Shown here: positions 1-12,614 of the stretch, one piece after another | How positions within the stretch are numbered: position 1 is the first letter of the stretch | How the letters are laid out: the number at the start of each line of letters is the position of its first letter | Assembly: GCA_001643675.2 (NCBI GenBank) | Contig: LSRY02000002.1 | Span: 1,116,001 to 1,180,000 of the forward strand | Direction of reading: 5' to 3' | Length of the DNA stretch: 64,000 bases | From: Monocercomonoides exilis PA203 | Taxonomy: Eukaryota; Protista; Preaxostyla | Made by a program: the position numbers and the translations under genes | The notes under the pieces: model-generated | Databases searched by the model: none | What the model was told of the DNA's origin: nothing | The model's input: only the letters and a program-made list of their open reading frames with translations

Positions 1-2260
1 TGCTTTTTCTCATTTTTTCTTTCTCTTTCTCTTTCTCCTTCTCCTTCTCTTCCTCCATCAAATGCAGCATAATCCTCAGCCTTTGGTTTTCTCCTTCAAC
101 ACTCTTCAGCTCATTTTCTGTCTCCACAAGTGCTTCTGCTATTTGACTCATCTCATTTCGCATCTTCTCTCTTTCAGCTGTTTCTTTCTCTTTCTCTTTT
201 CTTCTTTCTTCTTCTCTTATCATTTCGTTGTTTGCTGCTGCTTCTTCTTTCTTTTTCCCAACATTTCTTTCGCTCTCTTCTTTCTCCTTTTGTTTTTCTT
301 CCTCCTTTTCAATCATTCTTATTTTTTCCATTTCTTTCTCTCTTTTTTCTTTCATCTTTTTGATGCAATCTCTTATTTGCTCCATAACCACATCCATCTC
401 CTTCTGCTGCTCATATTCATCGTCTTCTTCATCAAGCAATTCTTCTTCTTCTTTTTCTTCTTTCTTTCCAGTTTTATGCTCGATTGTTTTTTCTTCCTCC
501 TCTTTGTTATTTTCACCTTCTTCTCTTTTGCCTTTTCCAATCATTTTCTGTTCATCTTTCTCTTTTATTGTTTCTTCATTAGCATTCTTTGCCTCTGATA
601 AAACGTCCTTTCGTTTGAATATCCATCCCTGTTGCTCTGCCAAATGCTTCAGCATTTCAAGTATTCCTCTCATTTTCCTCAGCATCGCCTGTTCGTTTGT
701 TATTCTCTTTGCTTTTTGCTCTTTCATCTTTTTCTCTTCTTTCTTTCTTTCTTCTTCTTCTGTCATCTTTGCTTTTTCTCTTTCCTTTTCTCTTTCCTTT
801 TCCTTTTCCTTTTCCTTTTCTTTTTCTTTTCTCATTCTCTCCATTTCTTGCAGCATCTCTTCTCTTTCTCTTTCCATTTGTTTCGCAGCCACCTCATCTT
901 CCTCTGCTTTTCTTTCTCTCTCTTTCTCCAGCTTCTCCCTCTCCTTCATCACCCTTCCAAGCTGCTCAAGTTCTTCTTCTATTCTCTTCGCTTCTTCTTC
1001 CTGCTTTCTCAACATGCCCCTCAGAATCGCATTCGCCTCGTTCTGCTTCTTCAGCTCTGCTTCTACATCTTCTTTTGTTTTTCTCGCGCTGGCTTCGGAT
1101 TTACTCCTTTCTTCGCTCTCTTTCTCCTTCTCTTCCTTTAACTCTTTCAGCTCGTTTAATTCCTTCGTCATTTTCTTTTCTTTTCTTTCGCTTTCGAGTT
1201 TTGTGTCTTCAATCATTTTCTCTTTCGTCTTCATCATTTTTTCTATCTTTTCGAGTTGGATTTTTAGCTCTTCGATTTCTGCTTCTTTTTCTCTAACTTT
1301 CTCATTTTGCTCACGAATAAGTTCGTTTTTTTCCTTTTCGTGGTTTTGAACTGCGTCCTCCAATTTATTTGATATTTCCTGTATTTTTCTGTCTTTCTCT
1401 TTTTCTTGACAAATTTGTTCGTTCATTCTTTCTTCCAGTTTCTTTACGGTCTCTTCCATTGCTTTGGTCTGTTCTTTCGCCATTTCCAATTCCTTCTTTT
1501 GATTCTCTTTTTCTTTCGATTTCTCATTGTCTTGTTGATTTGTTGACGCTTTCTGACTACATATGTTTACGAGTTCAAAAATACCTTCTTTATTTTGTAT
1601 TTTTTCTCCAACCGGTGATGCATATGGAGGTGTTGAGAAAGTGGATTTTGATGATAAAAGCATTGATTCTTCGGGTAGTGGAGGTGTCTCTGCTGGAGAA
1701 TTTGTTTCTGGGAAGTGATTGCCTTCTTCTATTTCCGTTGGAGTAAGAATATTTTCGCTTATCTCTTTTTCATTGGTAGATCCTTCGTTCTGTGTAATAA
1801 ATTCGCTTTTCGTTCTTGAAATTTGTTGTAGCTTTTCCATTTCCGACAGTATAAGTTTGTTTTCGCGCTCAAGTTCCAAACTGCGATCCCTAAGACCAAT
1901 AACTTCACTTAATGCATGAGTTCTATCGGTCTGCAATTGCGATATAACCTATTTTTAAAAAAAAAAAAAAATCACCGAACAAAATGCATTAACAAATATA
2001 TTTATTCCCAAACCTTTTTCAATCGGCTATTTTCAGCCCTTAAGTTAAAGTTTTCTGTTATAAGGCGATGATTCTCTTTCTCGAGGTGTCCTGAACATTC
2101 CAAGGTATCTTTTCCAATTGTTCCTGATCTTATTTTAGGAGCGTCTATTAGTTCATAAGTTTAGAGATTAATTATTTACAATATTTTTTTTTTTTTGATT
2201 TGTAAATGAGAAGGAAAGTTATTGAAGTGTATTTCACTTATTCATACCGCTTTTGGACAT
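1..2260 (-). CDS. Long E/K/R-rich coiled-coil protein, 3' end outside window
   Basis: Manual splice model with exons 2260-2248, ~2143-2014 and 1948-1 gives MSKSDAPKIRSG...ENFNLRAENSRLKK|VISQLQTDR... The + strand S/F-rich ORFs are its antisense shadow. Confidence 0.75.
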
Positions 2261-3047
2261 TTCTACTCCAAGTATTCGTTATAAAACCGTGTTCTTATTT
2301 CAACAGCACAATAAATGGCTTGCAGGAATTTATTTTCTTTTTTTAAATCATTGATAATTCAACATTTTAATAATGGTAACCAAAAAAAATCAAAAAACAA
2401 ATTGTTATATGATTTTATGTTGATATTTAAAGTCAAAAATGTGGATGTCTGTTATCATGAGAATTCATTGAAATAATTGAAACATGAACCAACTGAAAAT
2501 TACAATTTATATTTCTATTCATGAAAAACATGTGTGAAAAAGAATATTTCAATCTCTAAAAAAGAATTCAAAATAACTTAAATGACCACTAGCAAAAAAA
2601 CCACACAAACGCCAGAAAATAAAATTGGAAAAGTGAACTCAATAAACTTTCACTGTGCAAACCTCATATGTTTCTTTAAAAAAAATTCCAAAAAGAATAA
2701 TGCTTCCAAACTCTCACTTCTTTTGAAAAGAGAATAAGTTACTCAGTGATTTAAAATAAATATTCTGACAATAAGAAAGAGTTTTTCAGATTTACTCTCT
2801 GCGATGACGAAAATATCCAAACATCACCATTTTCTGTCAGTCATTTTGTATTGTTCAAACGATCAAACAAAAACAACATTTTGTTCATTCAAAATTCAGC
2901 ACTATTTATAAAATCAAATATTTCACTTAACATTTGAACAAAAGATGATTTCTTTCTCTCTTTCTTTTTTGAAAATGTTGTGCCCATTCTTAAAAAGAGG
3001 AAATCAGGAAAAAAAGAAAAGTGTATTTTTTGCGTGGATAAGTCCCC

Positions 3048-6000
3048 ATGCTGTCGGGAACATGTTGTCTTATGTGCATAATATGTGTGAAGTGCCTGTG
3101 CAATGGCTCCACAAATGATGAAACAAATCTGGTGGAGAAAATAATAAATGATAGAAAATCAGATTATTTGTGCAACTCTTTGTTTGATGGCCTTCCAAAT
3201 AATAGGAATGGAGATGGAAATGCTTTTAAAATGAATGTCAAAGGGAATGATGGTGGAATTGAAGAAGATGAAAAACGAGAAAAATCAAAGAAAAAAAATC
3301 AAAAAATGGAAGATGAAAGAAATATCCGAATTGGGAAAGGAAATTCAGTCACGATGATGAATAATAGACAATTTCATGATGAAGGAGAAATGATGAAAAT
3401 TGAAAGAAATTTTGAAGAAAGTGAGATTGAAGGATGTTTTGTTCTGATTAATTCATCAATTGAGGTCAAATCATTGGGGCTGATTCAACGTGATGAGAGA
3501 AATGTTGTTGAAGCGGGGAATGGAAGTTCTGTTGAATTGGATGATTGTGGTATTTTTATTTTGAGTGAAACGTCTCCATTTTGTTTGACTGGTGGATGTG
3601 GGATATTCACGAATATTTCACTCACTTCATCTTCAATTGGGTTTTTGGAGACCATTCCATCTCTATTTTCTTCAAAATCCCAAAAAGGAGAGTTTTCAGC
3701 AAAATGTTTTGTTTCTATTTGTTCTTCTCATTTTTCATCTTTTTGTGCCTCATCAGCCCCATTCCTCTCATCCTTTTCAATACCCTTTGAATGCCTCTCT
3801 CATTTGACATTTTTCAACATCTCAACAGCAAATAATGAATGCTCACCACCAACAGCTGCGTCATCTCAAACATTAAGCTTGATGAGCAGCTGCTCATTCT
3901 CATCAGTCTGTAATGTGTATGATGGCGGAATTATCCCCTCTCTGAACAACCCTTTGGCTTCTCTGATAGCCTCAAACATCTCATTTGTTGGATGTTGCAG
4001 GGCAAGAAATGTGAAATGCGAAGGAACTTCATATAACAAGCTGACTCCAGGGAGACAGAATACAACAGATAATGGAACGAATTCATTCATTTGGTGTGAA
4101 TGGGATGGATCGAAGGCAACTGGATCAAGAAGTGATTACGCTGATGATGCTTCCAATGGTGGAGCAATTTACATGTACAGCAAAGGGGATGGAACAATAT
4201 CTGTCGCTCACTGTTCTTTTAATGGATGTGCGGCATTTTATGCTGGAGGAGGAGTTATGTGCGCAAATATCAAATCGGTTGAGATTGAGAACAACTCATT
4301 CAGTGCCTGTTCCTCTGAAACATGGATTGGAGGGGGGCTGTGTGTTTTTTCGATTTATGCGTGTGTTCGGATCAGTGGATGCGAATTCCAGAATTGCAAA
4401 GCAATTGGCTATGGCGGAGGGCTTCATCTCGAAAATTTTCAGGTTTCTGGAATAGGATGTGTTGGAAATGAAAGTGGAGAAGGAGAGAGCGTGTGTGTGT
4501 TTGACTGCTGTTTCACTTCATGCTCAGCTACAAATTCGCAAGGTGGAGGCATGCGTTGTGTAACTGTTCCCAATCAGTTCAAAATGAGGAGCATTCAGTT
4601 TATTTCATGCAATGCATCGTCAAATGGAGGAGGGATGAGTGTAGACCCACGTATGACAACAGCACCAAAAGATGGGCATTATTTTTATTTCTTATTCTTC
4701 CATGAATGCAAGTGCAGAACGACATCCATACCATATGGGCATGATGTGATATATTATGATTATTACAATGTCATTTCGACTTCAGATTATCCATTTCATG
4801 AATGTTCCACAACGAATGCAGATGACAAGAGAGTGTGTTATGGATATAATTACTCGAATGCAGGTGCCTGGAAATATGATCAGACATCAAAAAAGGATTG
4901 GCTGAAGGACAAGACGATTTATGTGTCAGTGAATGGGAATGATAATTTTGAGTTGTGTGGGACAAATGAAACATTTCCTTGTCTAACAGTGAATAAGGCG
5001 TTTGAGATGTGTGAGGAACAGATAAGCTTATCAATCACACTGATGGGCGGGGATCACATAAGCGAAACAGCAACAATTGATATTGGAACAAAAAAGATTT
5101 CAGTCATTGTGAAAGGGAGGATTAAGAGTTCGATTGAAACAGGAGCACTTTTATCAGCTGGGGCGCTGTTCAGTGTGTCAACAGGTCATCTGGGTTTATT
5201 GCACATAAAGGTTGATTGCAACTCAAATACAAATCCTTCGCCGAATGTTGCTGTGGTATCTGATGGAAGTGGGTCACTCTCATTGGAGGATGTTGTGATC
5301 ACCACGAGCAAAACAGGAAACTATGTGATGTCGTCGTCAGTGTTTGTGGTTCATCTATCGCAGCTGTCGATGATTGATGCGGAGATCATAAATATGAATG
5401 TGTCAGAACCATTGTTCTCTGAGCCGAATCAATCTTCTTCTTCTTCTTCTTCATTGTCGTCATCTGTACTGTATCTGACAGCCACAGCATCAGGAGATAG
5501 CGTGCTGGCGAATGTGAAGGTGACGAATGTGAAGTTGACTGAAGGAGATGGGGTTGTGATGACAAAGAGTGTGAAGGCTGGAGAGACATTTGTGGTATGG
5601 AATACAACAATGGAAGGATGTGAGTGTGCAAATGGGAATGGAGGGGGGATCAAAGTTGTGATGGAAACAGACACAAGCAAGCTTCAAGCTGAAACATCAA
5701 CAACAATCAACAGATGCAAGTGCAGTGGATATGGCGGCGGGGTTATGCTTCATCTGGCAGATGACTCGCACGACTTCTCAATTGTGTTTGTCGACTTTTC
5801 AGGTTGCACTGCTTCATTGGGTGGGAATTATGTGTTTGTGAATGGGAGCGATTCAGCGAGATGGGCAATTGCAACAGAAAAGCTGAATATCCAACATAGC
5901 AATTCAAAATACAATGAACAGATGGGATACGATCGGAGTGACACAACAATGGGGCTGTTTCCACTGAATGTGTATTTGGATTCATATCCCAGCGCAGCAC

Positions 6001-9000
6001 ATGTGGGGAAGGGGAAGGATGGGCTGGGTGGATACGATTCGTGGTTCTGTGGGTTTGACTATTATCCGTGTGCCACCATCACCCATGCAGCGCAGGTGAG
6101 ATATGCAGACACAAACAAGAAGATCGAATTGGATTCAGGATTTGAGCTAGCTGAGGCAATTGGAATGACCGATGCCAACGAATGGGAGATTTCATGTGCA
6201 ACAAAAGGGATGGAAGTTGGGGTGAAAGCCCCAGAGGATTTTAAGTCATCTTGGATGATTGAGGTTTAGAGCAAATGCTCAGTGAGAAACATCACGTTTT
6301 GCATTCCATCTGCTCTTTCTGGTGCATCATCATCTCTGATCACAACCAATTCCATTCTCCTCACACTCACTGACTGCTCTGTTGTTTGTTCATCAGAGAA
6401 TTCCATTGGATACACTTTTGTGAATGTGATTGGGGGAAAAGTGAAAGTGGAGGGATTGGTGATCACAGAGATCTTGAGATTTGGAGAACATTCGCTGATT
6501 GAGTTTGGTGAAGGGGTGGAATCAGTTGTCTTTTCTGGATGCTATATAAACAATATTGAAAAGAGAAGTGGAAATGGAGGATGGGTGAGTGGAGTGGTTG
6601 GAGCAGAGAGAGATGAGGGGAAGAATGGGATAATTGTGATTGAGTCGTGTGTTGTGAAGGGGTGCAAGTGTGTTAGTGGAAGAGGAGGAGGGATGAGTGT
6701 TGTTGTGAAGGGGGAAGGGAGTGTTGTTGTGAATGGGAGTTGTATGATTGATTGGTGTGAGGCGAAGGGTTCAGGGGAGAGTTCAGATGGGAAAAGTGAA
6801 GGGAGAGGGGGAGGGATGATGATTTTGATGGAGAGCAGGGATGGTTCAATGAAAATGGAATCTGGAATTCAGAGTTTGTTTGGAGAGAATAACAAAGCTG
6901 AATATGGGAAGGATGTGTTTGTTCATTGTGGGAGTGGTGTGTTGTTGGAGTCGAAAGTGAATGGAAGTTCATTTTCATTTTTTGATTCGAGTGTTATTCC
7001 AACAGATGTTGTGAAGTTGTGTGGGAATGATGATGGGAGAGAAGGGGAAGTGATTCCGCTGTTTGTGTATTTGTGTTCAATTGGCTCGACGTTGAGAGTT
7101 GATGGGAGAGGAGAGAGGGCACTGGATCATAGCCATTGTGGGTTTGAGGAGTTTGGGTGTTTGACGATTGACTATTGTGCGAACAAGAGAACGAGCAGCA
7201 ATGCGAATGAAATTGAAGTTGTTTCAGAATCATGGATAAACAGAGAAATGAAAGTTGTTTCATTTGATGTGAGTGTTTCAGGGAAAGAAGAAGGGATAAG
7301 AGTGTTAGTGAGGGATGAAGGATCGATAACCCAGAATAACCTTATTGAGTGCACAAAATCATTTGAGACGTGCAATTTGGCATTTGTGTTGAATGAAGAT
7401 ATGAATGGGAGGAGAAGTACATTTATCCACTCCTTATCGTTATCAATCATCACAATGACTAGCTGTTCAGTCTCATTTGGAAATGAAGAATTGATTGGAT
7501 ATAATGTGATTTGTATTGAGGGAGGAAGGCTGATTGTGAATGGATTTGTGATGGAAGGGCCAGTGAGAATGAACGGGAAGTCTCCAATAGTGATCACAAA
7601 TGGAGTTGAATTGGAGATGAATCACAGCAGAGTGAGTGAAGTGGAAGTGACAGGTGGGAGTGGAGGAGGAGGAGGATGTTTGAATATGGAGATGGGTGTG
7701 AATGGGAATGTGAACATTGAAGGATGCAATTTGTCATCAGTGTGTTCAGGGGGGAGTGGGATGAAAGGGGGAGGGATGAAGATATCAGTGGGGAAGGGAG
7801 GGAGGTTGGAAATGAAAGGAGTGAAATTATCTGGGTGTGAAGTGCCAAGAGAGGATGCTGAGAATGGAGGGAGAGGAATGGGAGGAGGGATGTTTGTGAA
7901 GCTGGCAGATGAGATGGGAACATTTGTGATGGAAGGGATGGGATTTGAGGGATGTGATGGGTGGAAAGGGAAGAATGTGTTTGTATCAGGATGGAATCTG
8001 AGTGAAATTGTGGACAAGGAGCACCTGAAATGGGAAATGAGTTCAGAGGAGTTGGGATCGTTGGATGAATTGTGTGGATGGGAGAGGAAGACAACAGGAG
8101 AGGAGGGATATGTAATTCCACTTGTTGTGTATTTGTGGAGGAACTGGAGTGGGGATGGGTTTGTTTCGAAAGAAAATGGAGGAGACTTCAGTGGGTGTGG
8201 GTTTTCTAAAGCACCATGCTCATCGATTGATCATCTTATATCACTGAGATATTCAACACTTGGAGAAGGCGAAGCACACATCATCATTGCGGAATCTGGG
8301 TTATTGAGCCATTATATATCTTTTTCTTCTTCTTCGCAACCAGTTTCACCGGATTCAGAGTCACCAAAAGTTGTTATTGAAGGAACAAAGAAAGAAACAG
8401 ATGTGACGATAAGTGATGAAGATGAGAATGATTTGAGCGATGACTCATTGATTTCATCGAATATGAGTTTGTCGTTAATGAATATATCATTCACAAAACC
8501 TAGCATTACCACCAATCATGCAGTTTTCATTGAATCGTCAGGAACAAACACACATTTGTAAGCTACGGATTGCTCATTTGGATCATTGGCAGGCCTGACA
8601 GAGACAGCAGGACATTGTGTGATGAGAGTGAATGGAGGAAGTGTTTTGATCGAGAGATGCTCATTGAATTTGATTTCAGAGTTGAAAGGGTTCGTTGCCT
8701 TTAGCCCAAATGCAACTGAGGTGACTCTTCAGAATGTGAATATTTCATTTGTGAGCGTGAAGAAAAGAAGTCTGATTTCGATGCTAGAAGAGGAAGACCA
8801 AATGAGTGGAGAAAAGAAGGTTATTTCAAACATCAATAAACAAGTTTTGAGGGTTGTGGGGTGTTCATTTGCCAACATCACAAAAGAAGGTATAGGAGCG
8901 AGTGTTATTGATGTGGGATCATTTGAGGATGGGGTGGAGTGTTTGATGGATGAGTGTTCGATATCGAGTTGCAAGAGTGGTTTAAGCAGAGAAGGAGGGG

Positions 9001-12000
9001 GAATGAGAGTGGTGCTGAAGAGTGGGGAGTCAGTGTTGAAAGTGAATAGCAGTTCGTTTTCGATGTGCAAGTGCTCGAGTGAGACAGGGTGTGGAGGAGG
9101 GCTGTTTATCGATGGAGCCGATCCAAATGTTAATATGGATGATGAAAGTCAGATTCCGCCTCTGAATTTCAAGATTGTGAATATCCTGTTTGTGATGAAT
9201 GAGGCACATGTGGGGAAAGACATATTTGTCAGATGCCACTCGATTGAGCACCAGATCAACGAAACACTGTTTGCCCTGAACTACAACCAGGAGTCGCTGA
9301 ACTCGAACAACTCGATCTGTGGGAGAGATATTGAGAGCGAGACAGAAATTGATCTGATTCCGCTAATCACATTCTATTATGGCCAGCAGGTGTTTGTGAA
9401 TAGAACAGGGAGTGATGGCAGACGATGTGGGGCACAGAGCAACCCATGTGTGAGCATCAACTGTGGGGTTGAGCACATCCAGGAAGGGGTGATGAATGGG
9501 ATTCTGATTGATGGAGAAGGGTTTGTGAGGAAGGAGTGTGTGATTGGGGATCTGGTTGTGAATTCATTGAAAAAGACACAGGGGATTGTTCGGTTGAACT
9601 GCAAGATTGAGAAATCAGGTGAGAATGATTGTGTGATGGAGTTTGTGAATGAATGTTCAGTGGAGAGGTGCTCATTCCAGTTTGAAGATGGATTTGAGTC
9701 AACTCACACTTATCTTATGAAAGTGAAGAATGGAATGACGAAAATACAGGAATGTGAATTCTTCTCTTCATTATCAACAACAATTGAGTTCATGAAGTTG
9801 AACAGTTCAGTTGTGAGCGTGGAAAGTGGAGAGCTGAAGATATTTGATTCAACATTCAGGGATATTCATTCAACAATGTCGGTGCTTTCATTCCATGAAG
9901 AATCTGATGTGACAATTGATGAAACAAGAATATCGAATATCGAATGTGAGGGAGATGTTGTGAGTGTTGGAGTGAAAGCGAAAGTTGAGATGAAAGAGAT
10001 GGGAGTTGTGAATGTGACTGTATTGTTGGAAGGGTGTGTGATTGGGATGGATGAAGCTGAGAAAGAGGTGAGTGTGCTGAACAGCTCATTTGGAAGATGT
10101 GTGAATTTTGTTGATAAGGGAAGCATGATGCAGATCAGGAATTCCAAGAATGTGAGGGTTGTGAATTGTGTGTTTGATGGAGAAAGAGAAGCAGATGCAG
10201 TGAACGAAGGAAACAAGATAAAAGAGGGATTATGCAAATGGAATGGGTCATTGGTTGATATTGAAATCGGCTGTGTGGAGATGAAAGAAACAACAATTAT
10301 GAGGAGCAAGACAGGCGGATTGTGGGTGAATGGAGGAAGAATGAAGATTGAGAAGGGAGAATTCGAGAACAACAACCCTGAGATTGAAGGATATCCATCA
10401 GCTCGAAGGAATGTGATTTGCACAGGGAACGGGGAGCTGAATGTTGCGAGCGTGAAAGGGGGAGATGGCCTGAAAGATAACTCATCTCTGTGGATATTGG
10501 ACGAGGGATGCAACTTAGGAGGAATAACTTCTGAGAGAGTATCATCATTTTTCATCCCCATTTTGGAAGAGGTGAAGAATATTTCTCAGTCAAATGGGAA
10601 TGTGGAGTTGATGATTGTGGGAAAGCTGCTTCTGCCATGTGATTTGTCAGTGAAGATGAGCATGAAAAATGGGGATGAAGAGGAAATTGTGAGAGAGGAA
10701 ATTGATGAAGAAGGTTATATTTCGGAGAATGAGATTCACTCGTTTGTTTCATGTTCAGAACTGGAGAAAGCGAGAGAAGAAGCAGAAGTGAGTGTGTGGA
10801 TTGTGTTTGGGAAAGGAGATTCACCTTCATCAACAGATCGATTTATTGTGAAGAACAGGAGTGAAAGCATTGGAAAAGGAGATGAAAAACTTGTTGAAGG
10901 AGGGAAAGAAGGAAAATCTTATTGGTTGCTAATTGTTATAATCATGGCAGTTATTCTTGTGATTGTTCTGATTGTATCTGTAGTTTTGGCTGTTAGATGG
11001 AGAAAACAGAAGAGAAGAACAGAAGAATTGGAAGAGATTGTGGAAGACACGGTGAAGAAGGATCCGAAGCTGATTGAGATGGTGACGATGGAGATGTCAC
11101 CAGAGGAACAGTGGAGGAGAGCAGAAAGAGAGGCAGAGAAGAAGAATGAGGAGGGGATCAAGAAGAGAGTTTATGAGAAAAGCCTGGGACATTCTGAATC
11201 ATCCGAGCATTTGCTGGCTGAGAGTGGGTCAACTGAATACATCCTTGGGAGAGATTCAGACAAGATTCCGGAGTGGGCAGTGGAGAAGGTTGAAGAAGAA
11301 GAGATTCAGAAGAGAACACCATCGCCATCCATTTCATCCACTTCCACCACTTCGACAACTGATTCAGATTCAACATTTGTTCGATCAGAGAGTCTGTGCC
11401 CAACCACCTCGTCAATGTCAAATCTCGTGGATGCAATGGCATGTTCTTCGCCTCATGAAAAGCTGATTGTTGACTTGAGAGATTCGCTGTTCATGTTATT
11501 ACACGGAAGGAACGAGAAGAAAGAGATGGAAATCGGCTCATTGAAAGAAAGGGAGATGACAGCTTCCCAAATCCTGTTCTGGGTGGCCAACCTTGCTCTC
11601 CACTCCTTTGATGAAATTGAAAATCCACTCCAATCATTGGTCAGCCTGAGTCCCCACATTATTCTTTTCTCTGAGCACTTAGTGATCTGCATTGTTATGC
11701 ACTCCGACTTTTTGTCTGATGATTCGGACTCTTCTTCCATCTCCTCATCAACTGTTGTGACTTCTGCCAGCGATGATGATGATGATGATGACTCTCTGCC
11801 CTCATCCGCCTTTGAGGATGAGGATGACTTCAAAAAAGAGTGCATGAGGTGGAAGGCACCTGAGCTGCTGATCAACAAGAAGATGGGGGCAACAAAGGAG
11901 TCAGTGTCATTCTCGATCGGGATGATGCTGTGGGAGTGCTTGACGCTGAAAATCCCGTTTGGAGACTTTGAAGCTGTGGTTGCTGGAGAGAAGATTGCCA

Positions 12001-12278
12001 ATGGAGAAAGGCAGGGCTGTAAAGCCATTGAAGGAAGTTCACTTTGTGGATTGATAGGAAAGTGCGAAAAACAGTCAGTAGAGGAGAGACCATCTCTGAA
12101 CGAGCTGAAGCGGGAGTTAATCCAGCACTTTCCAGCTGGAGCTGTGATGCTCACAGTTTCTGATGCAATAGGACTTAATTCTGGCTATGATGGGGATCAC
12201 AGAATCAATGAAAGTGGCAGGTCGGGAAGCGAATCGTGTTCAACAACAAGCATCCATTTTATCAATGATTCTCGTTGA
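3048..12278 (+). pseudogene. Giant receptor-like protein (Cys/Gly-rich right-handed beta-helix ectodomain, single TM helix, C-terminal kinase-like C-lobe) interrupted by two in-frame stops
   Basis: ORFs 3048-6269, 6282-8561 and 8586-12278 share one frame, separated only by TAG 6267-6269 and TAA 8559-8561. Contains GGAI/GGG repeats, recurring G-D-x3-CG-x4-PC motifs, a TM segment WLLIVIIMAVILVIVLIVSVVLAV followed by RWRK, and RWKAPE..SFSIGMMLWE..IPF..RPS. Confidence 0.75.
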
Positions 12279-12561
12279 GTCAGTTGCTTGCTAATATACA
12301 CAAGAAAAGGATCAAAAAGAACAAACTTTGGAGAGATTTGAAAAAATGAAAAAGAGTGAAAATTCTTTTCATTCTTCTTTGTCTTTGTGTTGTAATTGGT
12401 TGTATGCAACTTTCAAAAAACAGAAAGAACACTCCTTTGCAAAGGAGGTGCCACTCAAACAAGTTATCAAGGAACTGTTTTCTTCTCATATTTTTTGTTT
12501 ATTCATCAACAATGAAAAGACAAATCCACATTCTGAATGGAATAAAACAGTGCATTAATCA

Positions 12562-12573
12562 GTTTTATTTTTA

Positions 12574-12614
<41 letters not shown>
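12562..12614. repeat. (TTTTTA)/(TAT)n microsatellite abutting the left end of element A
   Basis: Directly visible. Confidence 0.9.

Noticed and set aside
62-1919. Plus-strand F/S/L-rich ORFs that look like membrane proteins
   Set aside because: Antisense shadows of the minus-strand E/K-rich coiled-coil gene.
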